Origin: Antedon mediterranea
Taxonomy: Eukaryota; Animalia; Echinodermata
DNA: 64,000 bases
NCBI RefSeq assembly: GCF_964355755.1
Contig: NC_092673.1
Span: 15,596,948-15,660,947 of the forward strand
Reading direction: 5' to 3'
Shown here one piece after another: positions 1 to 11,629 of the stretch. The position numbers were made by a program, and so were the translations under genes. The notes beneath the pieces were generated by a model that searched no databases, was not told the DNA's origin, and was given only the letters and a program-made list of their open reading frames with translations. The number at the start of each line of letters is the position of its first letter. Position 1 is the first letter of the stretch.

Positions 1-395
1 AGTTGACCAATACCAAGAGATTATAATAATCCATTGCTTGCGTTGCATTTACGTGCTTGCGTTACGTTCTAGTGGGAACCACGCCTAATGGAATGCAACG
101 CAAGAACGTAAGCGCAATACAAGCAGTTGACCAATACCAAGAAATTTTAATAATCCATTGCTTGCGTTGCGTTTACGTCCTTGCGTTACGTTCTAGTGGG
201 AACCACGCTTAATGGAATGCAACGCAAGAACGTAAGCGCAATACAAGCAGTTGACCAATATCAAGAGATTATAATAATCCATTGCTTGCGTTGCATTTAC
301 GTCCTTGCGTTACGTTCTAGTGGAAACCACGCTTAATGGAATGCAACGCAAGAACGTAAGCGCAATACAAGCAGTTGACCAATATCAAAAGATTA
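1..395. repeat. 124-bp tandem satellite (just over 3 units, cut by window start), derived from the CTAGTGGGAACC MITE family
   Basis: Unit starting agttgaccaat at 1, 125, 249 and 373. Each contains ttgcgttacgttctagtgggaaccacgc, shared with the MITE ends at ~51880-51903 and ~52660-52689. Confidence 0.9.
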
Positions 396-2499
396 TAATA
401 ATAATAATAATAATCTTTATTGTCTTTCTTTCTTGTTAGTTCTTTTTCACATACATAAAATCAAACTAAAGACAAAAGACCAAAAAAAAAAGCTTTCGCT
501 TATCGAGTTTTGGCCTTTTAAAATAAATAAACTTAAACTAGAACGTATATCATTTCTGAGAAAGAAAAATCTGAAGAAAATTAATTACATAAATGAAAAT
601 TAATAACTCACTGGCATTATCAATATGAATATGAAATAAGTAATAGAAGAGTATTATACACATTTGTTTGTTTTTTAAATAGAAAAAACTAGAAAAAAAA
701 CTAAGCATCATATAAGGTTATTAAATGTTCTTTGACTTTGATGGCAAATTGTGTTCTAAATGAAATTGACTTAATATTTACTGGGAGTTTATTCCAGAGT
801 TTAGGACCTTGGTATGTTATATTGGTTTGAGATAGAGTCGTACGGCAAAAGGGGATCGAGAGATTAAACGGGTCATTAAATCGGGTGTTAAATGGATGGT
901 TTACATAGTTAAAGTATAGTATAATATGATGAGGTAATCTAGAATAAAATATATCGGAAATAAATTTAAGCACATGCAACTCATACAATTTAAACACATC
1001 TAAAATCAACAATTGCTTAAACAAAGGTATAGAATGTGCTCTAAAATCAGAAAACGTAACACAGCGAACGAACATCTTTTGAATAAGTAGAACTTGGTTT
1101 AAGTAACTTAAATGTGTACTTCCCCATACTTCAATACCATAGGTAATTAGTGGTAAAATAAATGATTTATAAATTAACATTAATATACTTTGAGGAAGAA
1201 AATACCTTAACTTATAAAAAATACCTATTTTCGTACGTAATGTTTTACATAAATTGTTGAGATGAGTTTTCCACGTAAGATTCTTATCAAGTGATACTCC
1301 AACAAACGACAGTCTCGGCCTCATTAATTACTTTATCGTTAACAAAAAGTGAGCCTATCTTATTAATAATTTTGCCCTTATTGTGAAATAAAATATAATT
1401 AGTTTTGTTATAGTTGATTGTTAATTTATTTACAATACACCATTCACATACTTTATATAAATGTTCATTTGCTATATTAAGGTCTATTTTATCTGATGAA
1501 AATGAATGAAATAGGTTGGAGTCATCGGCAAATAAACAAAAATCAAAATAATCTGTTGAATTTGGCATATCATTAATATAAATTTAAAAAAGTATAGGTC
1601 CTAGCACCGAGCCTTGTGGGACTCCATGAGGTATTTCCCTAGTTTGAGAATGGCTATTAGGAAATGATACATATTGAGATCTATTCTTTAAATAATCGGT
1701 TATCCATGACAATGCTTTTCCTTGAATACCATAATTAAATAATTTTGAAATTAAAATTTTGTGATTAATATTATCAAACGCTTTGCTAAATTTATTAATG
1801 ATAATTTAGTACTATGACGTTTTCGAAACCCATATTGATGAAAATAAAATAAATTAAATTTCTCAAAAAATCTTGTTAACCTGTCACAAAACAACCTTTC
1901 AAGTATTTTGCTGAGAACTGGTAAAATTGAGATAGGACGGAAATTTCCAGGTATTTCTTTTGACCCCTTTTTAAAGACTGGTTGAACTTGAGCACACTTT
2001 AAAAGATTTGGAAATATACAGTTATTAAATGATAAATTAAATATACAACACAAGGGATTTGAAATATGTAATGCTGCAATTGAAATTAATTTTGCTGGTA
2101 GATCATCTGATCCAGTTGCTTTATTTTGGTCGATTTTACAAATTAAATTAAATACCTCATTAACAGTGATAGGTTCAAGAAAAAAAAGAATTAATTGGTA
2201 AGGAATTGGCCAGATACTGAGAAAAACATTTTTGTGAGGGGGGAATTTCGTTTGCAAGTTGATCGGCTACGCCAACAAAATAATCATTAAATACATTAGC
2301 AATTTCGTCCGGATTATCTACTATTGATGTTGTCCTATCATTATTATTACGAATTAGTTTTTCAGGAATAGCAGCATTAACAGATTTTAATTTATTTTTA
2401 TCAAGTACATCATTTATTATCTTCCACGTTTTTACTGAATTTGTTGCGTTAGCTGAAAACATATGTGAATAATAATTTCTTTTTGCAGTTCTTAACACC
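392..2499 (-). mobile_element. 5'-truncated, frameshifted L2/Crack-type LINE (ORF2 RT and C-terminal part)
   Basis: ORF pieces 2175-2498, 1751-2257 (NFRPISIL, QYGFR), 1287-1568 (LFADD) and 701-1324 (YGIEVWG, GPKLWN); GVPQGSVLGP at ~1597-1626; (AAT)n 3' tail at ~393-414. Confidence 0.92.
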
Positions 2500-2740
2500 T
2501 TTGCTTGCGTTGCGTTTACGTCCTTGCGTTACGTTCTAGTGGGAACCACGCTTAATGGAATGCAACGCAAGAACGTAAGCGCAATACAAGCAGTTGACCA
2601 ATATCAAGAGATTATAATAATCCATTGCTTGCGTTGCATTTACGTCCTTGCGTTACGTTCTAGTGGGAACCACGCTTAATGGAATGCAACGCAAGAACGT
2701 AAGGGCAATACAAGCAGTTGACCAATATCAAGAGATTATA
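2500..2740. repeat. Continuation of the 124-bp satellite (~2 units)
   Basis: Same unit sequence resumes directly after the LINE 5' truncation point. Confidence 0.9.
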
Positions 2741-2912
2741 ATAATAATAATAATCTTTATTGTCTTTCTTTCTTGTTAGTTCTTTTTCACATACATAAAA
2801 TCAAACTAAAGACAAAAGACCAAAAAAAAAGCTTTCGCTTATCGAGTTTTGGCCTTTTAAAATAAATAAACTTAAACTAGAACGTATATCATTTCTGAGA
2901 AAGAAAAATCTG
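2733..2912 (-). mobile_element. Second copy of the 3' terminal ~180 bp of the same Crack LINE
   Basis: Near-identical to 393-573, including the (AAT)n tail, and at the same position within the satellite unit. Confidence 0.85.
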
Positions 2913-3221
2913 CCACTGCCATCAATAAGTTGTTCAATATTCCAATATTAGACTCTTTAAACAAAACATGAGAAAACCATGTGATTTCCAAGAAATGTCA
3001 TATATAATAATGTATCTATTACAGACTGCATATTTTTAATATATATGATGATGTGTAATAAATTAAACAAATACATTATTGTCAAATTGCTTTTTCAATC
3101 TCTTTTGATGATTGTTTACACACCACTAATATATTTAACCAGCTAGAACGATTCTCAAGCAAGTCAAGTCAAGAATCATAATGGTATCACAAAATTGGAG
3201 GGTAAATCATTAGGACTCAAA

Positions 3222-3356
3222 TCCCAGTAGGACGTACGCGCAACGCAAATAATTTGACCAATCAACGGATTATTCGAACTGTCGCTTGTCATTGGTCAAC
3301 TTGCGTTGTGTTTGCGCTTACGTCATTGCGTTGCATCCTAGTGGGAACCATGCTTT
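3222..3356. mobile_element. Degenerate copy of the CTAGTGGGAACC MITE family
   Basis: cccagtagg...gcaacgcaa...ttgaccaatc...ttgcgttg...ctagtgggaaccatgctt; internally palindromic like the copies at 51.7 and 52.5 kb. Confidence 0.7.
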
Positions 3357-3782
3357 CGGCCTAATCCTAACTCGATTTGAACTTCCGCGCAAACACAGCG
3401 TGCACGTTAAAAATATGAACGCAGAGAAAATTGATTATACCATCCCATGACCATTAATAAATATATTAAACGTGTTGAATTGTCATGGAAAGCAACCCTT
3501 TCAGTTTTTACAATAAAACGATTTACTGTAGGCCTACCAATAGTGTCTAAACGAACAACAAACACATTTTAGGTATCATTTTGTTAGTAAAGTTTCACCA
3601 AAATATTTATTTGCCATAAAAATATATATACCGTATTGTTTTAATACAGCAGTTTGTATAAAAATCTATAAATAATTATTACAATCCAAATATTGCACAT
3701 TTTGAAAGTTGCAAATATGATTAAAACAGAGATTCAGTATAAAATGTAATATTGATTATTGAATTTGAACATATTTATTTTT

Positions 3783-6700
3783 TTAGATATTAAGTTTGGA
3801 TAGAAGAGAGATCAGATCAGCAATCGGTGGTCGAGTTTTTTTGCATCTCACGGCCAACTCATTAAGTTGCTGCCAATGGCATGCCTGGGCTACGTCACAC
3901 ATAACAAAGCAGAGGGCGAAGATGTCGCTTGATGTTACTTCAGCAGCAGGTGGTTCCACAAGTGGTGATGTTATTCCACCCATGTCAATAATCTTGCCCA
4001 TCCATTCTTCACTTTCATGTGAAAGTAGAATGTTTTCTGCCTTTATGTCATTATGTGCAATTTTGTTCTGGTGGAGAAACTTCACACCATCAGATACTGT
4101 CAATAGAATGTTAAGAATTGACGTCCTGTTTATGTTGACGAATTTACTCTTTATTGCTTTTCTAAGAGTAAGAGATGAACTGTCAACTCCAATAAATGAA
4201 GAGACAATTTGGATGATGTTATTATCATCTCTTACTACGCCAAACATGAACGGAAATGATGGGTGAGCAGAACATAGTTGCATTGTGCGAGCCTCTAGGT
4301 TGATGTTATCTGCACTGCCATTTAAGATGGTTTTGACAGCAACCAATGAGTTGGTCGGAGTGTGTCTCATCAGAGAAACTTCCCCGAAAGCGCCTTGACC
4401 GATGACCACTGGTGTTTTCATCTCGTCGACTGGTTTTAGATCCTTCTGGTTGATCACGTTCACGGTTGGCAGGAGACTCAGTAATACATCTGTCTTGCCT
4501 TTTCCTTGATTTAAATCTGTTGGAGCCGATAGCTGAAATCTATTTTTTTTTTTAAGTAAAGAAGTTATATGATTTACCATTTTGTTTACAGAAATATCAG
4601 ATAATATATTGCCTGCTTATATAATTTGTTAGGCCTACAATAAAAAATAATTATCTGTTAATGAGGAGACTCTTTAATAACACTTGAGGAAGTCGAACAA
4701 TGACATTCTCAGTCTCAGAAGTCAACATCAGAATCCTATTTATAGACTTAATTGTGATGATATCATATAATCCTACCTTTGAACTTCTTCAAACAATTCC
4801 ATAACCTTATTCTCTTCATTCTTTAAAAGTTTCTTGAGATTGTCTAGTTTTCTTTCTTTTTGATCACAATCAACACAGCTAAAAAAATAAACAATACCTG
4901 AAGAATTTGCTTTGAATTAGCTTGCAATTAACGTGTAATTGTTATTATTGTAATTTCCTTTGCATTTTATCTATAGTTTTTTTTCAAACTTAAGCTTATC
5001 ACTATAAATATAATATTTTAAATTCATTAGATCTATTTTGGTTATTATTGTACGGATCCTACACATACCCTTGTTTTCTTGCACTATCTGAACGTTGTTT
5101 ACTCTTTAACATCTTCTTGGCTTCATTCAGTTGTTCCTTTGCTTCCTTATATTTACTTTCATATCTGTTTGAATTATATTTTAATAAGTTATAAGATATA
5201 TTTTTAATTTTTCAAAGACTTTGAGAAAAAGGTGTCAATAATATTGTTGTATTTATGATTATTATTGAATGTTGATAATGAAGACTATGATGAGAAGATG
5301 ATGATGAAATTGTTGGTGTTGAAGATAATCATAATGATAATAGTGGAAACAAGTTGTGATAATAATGATATAATCAATAAATACCAGGTTAGCTTTTTAT
5401 TCAATGGTATCAATTGATTTAGCTAACAAATCCTTTCATGATGGATGTAGTGAATTATCACAACATTGAAAATGGGGTTAGCTTTTTCAATATAAACATT
5501 ATACTTACTTAGTGTTTGTAGCATTAAGTAATTCTGTTCTCTTTTTCAAAACTTTCTTCAACTGCTCATTTTTTTTCTCCAACTCTTCTACAAGCTTTTC
5601 AATTCCTTTCTTCTCTTTGCTCTGTTGGCAATATTTCTCATTCAGCCTGAATTGGCAATTGAACATAATGTTAGATGTGTTGAAAATAGCATTAGCACAG
5701 ATGGTTACTGTAGCTCCTAGTATTTAACTTTTGAATATTTACTTGGCATTTACAGCTTCTAGACATTCTAACTCTTTCTGTAACTCATTTCTTTCATTTC
5801 CAACTTTCTTTATTTCATCACCTTTGTTTTTAAACTCTTCCATCATTCTGAAATGAAAATGTTTGAAGTATTGAAAAATGATATAGGGTTAGCTTAATAA
5901 ATTATTATTGTAGCTCCATTACTATTCAAATAATTATGTTACAAAGATGAACTGATCAATACTTACTTGGCATTTACAGCTTCTAACTCTTTCTTTTCAT
6001 TTCCAACTTTCTTTACTTCATCATCTTTATTTTTCAACTCTTTCATCATTCTGAAATAAACATGTTTGAAGTATTGAAAATGATAGAGGGTGAGCTTAAT
6101 AAATGGCTATTGTAGCTCCATTACTATTCAAATAATTATGTTACAAAGATGAACTGATCAATACTTACTGGGCATTTACAGCTTCCAACTCTTTCTTTTC
6201 ATTTCCAACTTTCTTTACTTCATCATCTTTATTTTTCAACTCTTTCATCATTCTGAAATAGAAATGTTTGAGGTATTGAAAATGATAGAGGGTGAGCTTA
6301 ATAAATGGCTATTGTAGCTCCATTATTATATAAATTTGTTACAAAGGTAAATTGATCAATATTTACTTGGTATTTACAGCTTCTAACTCTTTTTTTTCAT
6401 TTGACAATATCTTTATTTCCTCACTATTGATACTAGAATCTTCCATCATTCTAAAATTAAGATTAAAAAGGTTTGAATGTCTTGGCAAATTATCAAATAA
6501 CAAATAAGGTTAGCTTAATAAATAATTGCAAAAGTTAAGATAAAACTGTTCAATACTTACTTTGTATTTACAGCTTCTAACTCTTTCTGTACTTTTTTCT
6601 TGTCATTTGACAATTTCTTTATTTCCTCCCTACTGTTTCTAGAATCTTTTATCATTCTAAAATTACAATTAACATTTTAGATGTGTTGCATAGGGTTAGC

Positions 6701-9700
6701 TTAATAAACTGTAGCTCCATTAATATTAAACCTAGATACAAAAATAAACACTTCAATAATATTTACATGGCATTTACAGCTTCCAAATCTTTCTTTTCAC
6801 TTAATACTTTGTTTACTTCATCATCTTTGTTTTTCAACTCTTCCATCATTCTGAAATTATAATAAAATGTTCTTAGTGTAGTATTGAAAAATGATATAGG
6901 GTGAACTTAATAAATTGTTATTGTAGCTTCATTACTATTCAAATAAATATGTTACAAAGAACTGATCAATACTTACTTGGCATTTACAGCTTCCAACTCT
7001 TTCTGTAAATCTTTCTTTTCACTTAACAAACTTTTTATTTCATCGTCTTTGTTTTTAAACTCTTCCATCATTCTAAAAAATAAAAATCAACGAAGTGTTG
7101 ACAAATTATCAAATCAAAAATATAGGTTAACTGTAGCTCCATTTTTAGACTCTATAGTTCACTATGTCGGTCGGTTGGTCGGTCTGTCTGTCTGTCGGTC
7201 TGTCTGTCGGTCTGTCGGTCCGGTATCACTATGCGTTTTATCGCTTTCTGACCTTATCTTGATATCAGTTTAATCTAGCTAGGTCAATTTTTCACAGTTT
7301 TTCACGGTGCGCAATAAAAAATTACGCGGTCTACGCAAGATTTAACAAAATCACGTTTGTAATCATATCTTCACAACCATGAATCACAATTAAATAAAAT
7401 TTGGTACTCATAAATTTCAGGGCATAAATCATCATATGGCAATACAATTACGTGCGTAGCGCATGTAACGCATGCGTACGCGCGCTTAAAATTTTCAAAA
7501 GTTATTTTCGATGAAATAAGAGTACGTTTCAGGCAATTTTAATCGTTTACAAAATTGCCATGAGTGCGCATATTTTTGCGCGCGCACTGCGCGTTAAATG
7601 TTATTGCGCACTCTTTTTGCCCGATTTCTGTTTTCTTGACTTACTTTTCAACTTGAAATTACGTTATACGAGCATGTCAAAAGTGACAGGCTACGCACGT
7701 GTAAATTAAAAAAATATAAATGTTTTTAAACATTTCAACATTTTTAAACATGTTCAGTAATTTCGGTCAGTATAGTTCACTATGTCGGTCGGTCTGTCAT
7801 CACTATGCATTGTAGCACACGACTTAATGGCTGTTGGCCTTGTTTTATTTGCATTTCATGGTTGATTGTTTATATAATTATCTATTTTTAATCGGAAATG
7901 TTTATTTACTTTCATTTTCAATCATATTTATGACAAGAAAATGTTGTTTTTAGTCGCGTGGACGCGACTCTATAGCTCACTATGTCGGTCGGTCGGTCTG
8001 TCAGTCGGTCTGTCTACTGTCGGTCCGGTATCACTATGCGTTTTATTGCTTTTCTGTACTTTTTGAACTGTTTTGATGTCAACATGTGGGCATTTACTTG
8101 AAATTGTGGACCTCCTATTGTGAATGAAGTTAGAGTTGCGCAACGTGATCTACGCGCGATTTAACGATTTTCTCGTATTTAACATAGGTCAAAAACCAAA
8201 TAACATTTTAATTGAAACTTTGCAAAAGTTTAATTTATTTCAGGCGCTAACTTTCTGTTGAAAAAAAAATGTGTTTTACACAAAGTTACGCGCGCACGCG
8301 CATTTAAAATTTTAAAATGCGCAAAATTAATTTTTAATCAACTTTCTACCTGTTTTTTGTCATTTTGAGCATGTCAAAAATTCCCATACGAGCGCAAATT
8401 TTTACGCGCGCGGTGCGCACGTAGCGTTAAATACATACTTTTTTCGCGTGATTTGTATTTTTGCAGCCTTTTCTAATAATTTTACCAACTTTTAAAAAAT
8501 TTCGACTTAAAATTACGTCATACGAGCACGTCGAATTGGATAATTTGCGCACGTTTTTGATGAAAAAGTCCAAAAATTCATCAAAATTATGCCTTTTTAG
8601 TAGTGTGGACGCGACTCTATAGTTCACTATGCCGGTCGGTCTGTCTGTCGGTCTGTCTGTCGGTCCGGTATCACTATGCATTGTAGCACGCGACTTAATG
8701 GCTGTTGGCCTTGTTACTATTCAAATTTGTTACAAAGATGAACTTTTCAATATTTACTTGGAATTTACAGCTTCCAACTCTTTCTGTAAATCTTTCTTTT
8801 CATTTCCAACTTTCTTTATTTCCTCATCTTTGTTTGTAAACACTTCCATCATTCTGGCTTTCTTCTCATTTAATACTTTCTTCAGCTCTCCGTTTCTTTT
8901 CTTAAACTCTTTTACTAGCCTTTCACTTGCTTTTTTTCTATAAACATAATAATAATATAAATTGTGTAGATACTTGGGTAAATTTTATTTCTGGTGACCT
9001 ATCTATTAAGGTTCAATATGTCCTAGGAAGCACGTTATTCCATAAAAATAACTCTCACGACATTTATGCTGTATTTGACAGTTATTGTAAAATGTACACA
9101 AGCCGTGCTTGGAAATTAAGAAATGCAATTGTATTACAACTTTGAACTGTTTTATTTTTAAAAAAAGTGTTTTCTTTTCCATTGCTGTTGCAAAATTAGT
9201 AGTTGTATATTAGTGTAGTTTTAGTTTGTAAATAAGTTTTGTAATAGCGTCGAGTCAAATTTTATGTCATTATCTCAAATATGTTTTATTTTCGTTTCAG
9301 TTTTAATTTTCATTGTTTTTGTATTGAATTTTGTAATTGGTATGGACGCACCATCTACGCATGTGTGCCACTGTTAAAAAAGTGTTGTTCCAAATAAATA
9401 TTATTATTATTATTATAAAACATTCAGGTATATAACAATTAACACATTACATTTTGATACTATTATAAAAATAAGGACACAATATTGTATAATATAATTG
9501 TTCCTTTTATCTGTTTTTATTTTGTTCATACTTTTCTCTTAATTTCTCTGCTTCCATTTCAATAGCTTCCATATCGTTTCTCTTAGTTGAAGCACATTCA
9601 ACTTGACACAGGAATGTACTTATGATCTTAAAACAATTATTTAATAAGAAATTGAATTAATATGTGTTAGATAAAATGAAATGTTGTTGAATGAAAGTTA

Positions 9701-10845
9701 ATTAATAGTGATAATAATAATGTGAAACTTGCAAGACAGGTTACATAGGAGTCTTTTCTTACCTTGTTGCCTTCCATTGTCCGCATAAATACCAAATCAC
9801 CTGGATTAACAGTATTTCTTTTTGATGCTGAAAGTGGATCGGCATCTGGTTGGAATGATCCTGTTACTGGCTTCTTCTTCAACAGATTCATTCCTGTTGT
9901 ATGCAGTTGCGGATCAAAGCTACAGTACAAATAGAATAAATCCAGACATTGTTTTATTTGATCAAATTCAAAAAATGTGAAAATAAATTACATGGGCTGA
10001 TATTACTATTAGTAATTTCTATAATCTTAAGTAGGCCTATGGTCTAGCAGAGCCTACTAGATAAATAATAAAAATAACCCAGGGCTATGCTGGTGGGTCA
10101 GGAAAGGCATGTGTAAAAAGAGCAGAAAATAGGCCTAGCTAGGCCCTAGTAGAAGCCCTAATTAATATATAGGCCTATGCTAGGTAGGCCTACCTAGTCC
10201 TAGAGGTAGGCTTAGTACAGCAAACCAGGCAAGGCCTGGGCCTAGTCTAGCTACATACATACAGGCAGTAGGCCTAGGCCTACCTAGGCCATATTCATAC
10301 ATAGGGTAATACTTTTTTATTTAGTTAGGCCTAGGCCCTAGCCTAGTAGGCTAAGCCTGTAATAAACCAAGCCTAGCCTATCTAGAGGCCCTTATTAGCC
10401 ATAGTTAGTTAGGCCTACTACTACAGGCTAGCTAGGCCTTAATTAAGAAGGCTAACCTCTACTAGGGCCTAGCTAGGCCTAGGCTAGGCGCGGCCTAGCT
10501 ATGCTTACCTTACTAGGTCTAGGCTAGGCCTAGGCTAGGCCTAGTTAGGCATAGGCTAGGCCTAGATAGGCTAGGCAGTTAGCCTCATACTAGGCGCTAG
10601 CCTAGGCCTACCTATACTATAGGCCTACTACTAGGCCTAGGGTAGGCTAGGTAGGCCTAGGCTAGGTAGGCCTAGCCTAGTTAGGTCTACCTAGGCCTAG
10701 GCTAGCTAGGCCTACTATTAGGCTACCTAGGCCTAGGCCTAGTACTAGCCTAGTAGGCCTAGAGCTAGAGGCTGGTTTTGGTTAAAAAATCTTACCGTCG
10801 TCGTGAACGACGCCAAAAAGGAAGTAGATTGATGCTAGAATTCAT
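3783..10845 (-). CDS. Multi-exon coiled-coil-repeat + protein kinase gene, copy A (15 coding exons, 735 aa by my model)
   Basis: Hand-built GT-AG model: 10845-10796, 9919-9763, 9626-9532, 8937-8758, 7072-6977, 6850-6767, 6656-6561, 6450-6367, 6252-6169, 6050-5967, 5847-5743, 5646-5509, 5164-5069, 4878-4777, 4539-3783. Total 2208 nt with compatible phases. Last exon has GQGAFG, VAVK, alpha[13 protein letters not shown]. The last acceptor (tag after an A-run) is the weakest site. Confidence 0.8.
5743..8937 (-). repeat. Tandem exon+intron array, copy A (8 repeat exons, ~200-bp unit)
   Basis: Recurring minus-strand (c/t)ag|A ATG ATG GAA...GCT GTA AAT GCC AA|gtaa; introns are also homologous (ttagcttaataaa, tgtagctccatt). 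Confidence 0.9.
7146..8713. mobile_element. Two adjacent Helentron-associated (HINE/DINE-1-like) non-autonomous elements in an intron of copy A
   Basis: Absent from B (ctccattttt|actattcaaa at ~28440) and C. Repeated gactctatagttcactatgtcggtc, (GTCG/GTCT)n microsatellite, hairpin gtcgcgtggacgcgac, shared end gctgttggccttgtt at ~7843 and ~8713, inserted at a T-run. Family assignment is by structural analogy. Confidence 0.65.
10030..10772. repeat. TAGGCCTA/CTAG-rich palindromic low-complexity tract in intron 1 of kinase gene copy A
   Basis: Dense taggccta and ctag motifs between exons 1 and 2. Confidence 0.9.
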
Positions 10846-11295
10846 ATTGCTAGCTTTAGACGTATAAATACAAATATTTAGGATGCGTAAAGGTAAATTA
10901 ATTCGTTGTATAAAAACAATTCTGACGACTGATGATGAGGAGCTTTCGCTGTTTTCGGTGCCTTTTATACATTTTAATGTGCGTGCCACCTTGTACGTCA
11001 TAAAAACAATTTCGCGTGTCCGGATTTATGTTCTAAATACGCGCTACTGTCGACGTCATAAAACCATTGTTTGCTTTACAAAAAAACTATATTGATTATC
11101 TTATTAATCACCTAATTCAAATTCTGTAGTATTAGTATATATCATAAGTATAACTCATTCTTTTAATTTTAGTAATTTTTACTATTGTAATTAATTTATA
11201 TTATTGAGGCTGTTATCAAATTGAATGTGCTACTGGAATGATCCGGTGACAGAGGACGTAAAACCAAGTAGTAGATACGCGCCCATTACGAAATT

Positions 11296-11308
11296 GTTGC
11301 CATGAAAC
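11296..11308. promoter_or_regulatory. RFX X-box-like motif upstream of kinase gene copy A
   Basis: GTTGCCATGAAAC resembles the X-box GTTGCCATGG(C/A)AAC; ~450 bp upstream of the ATG; identical at 30549-30561 and 49825-49837. Confidence 0.5.
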
Positions 11309-11629
11309 ATAAACAAAGACTGTACTGGTGGTAGAGTAGTGTACGTGTGAATATGTGATTTAAAAAAACCCGTAGAAAATGGCAGAAAAGCAAAGATTAG
11401 CGCCGCTACGCGGTGCAAGAAGGATTAATTGGGGCCATTCGGGCGGACAAAATTATTATGATTGTGGCTAATGTCCGCTCGAATGGCGTCCACGGGATTA
11501 CAGGCAGGGAGCGTAGTGTTGTAGCAACAGTTAGGCCTATCTATCTTGCTTAGCGTAGCTCCGCTATCGTTGAGAAAAAATCTTTGAGAAAAATGGCTTG
11601 TCGGTCAATGTCTGTCGGCAAAATTTCAA

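Noticed and set aside
3796-4266. 156-179-aa plus-strand ORF present in all three copies (also 25066-25536 and 43958-44497), preceded by a T-run + AG
   Set aside because: Antisense shadow of the kinase exon. Ser/Ile-rich with no motifs, and its conservation is explained by the recent duplication.
4540-4580. ORF-track start [12 protein letters not shown] for a standalone 265-aa kinase
   Set aside because: It crosses a homopolymer whose length differs in B and C and breaks the frame, so it is better read as intron upstream of a splice acceptor.
5743-7072. Regularly spaced repeats resembling a CRISPR array
   Set aside because: The spacers are homologous to each other, units are bounded by GT-AG splice sites, the context is eukaryotic and there are no cas genes.
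11399-11417. GC hairpin gcgccgctacgcggtgc as a Helitron end that might have mobilised the kinase cassette
   Set aside because: No CTRR terminus at the expected distance, absent from copy C, and no TIR or TSD found at the cassette's other boundary (~3488). The mechanism that produced copies A and C remains unknown.
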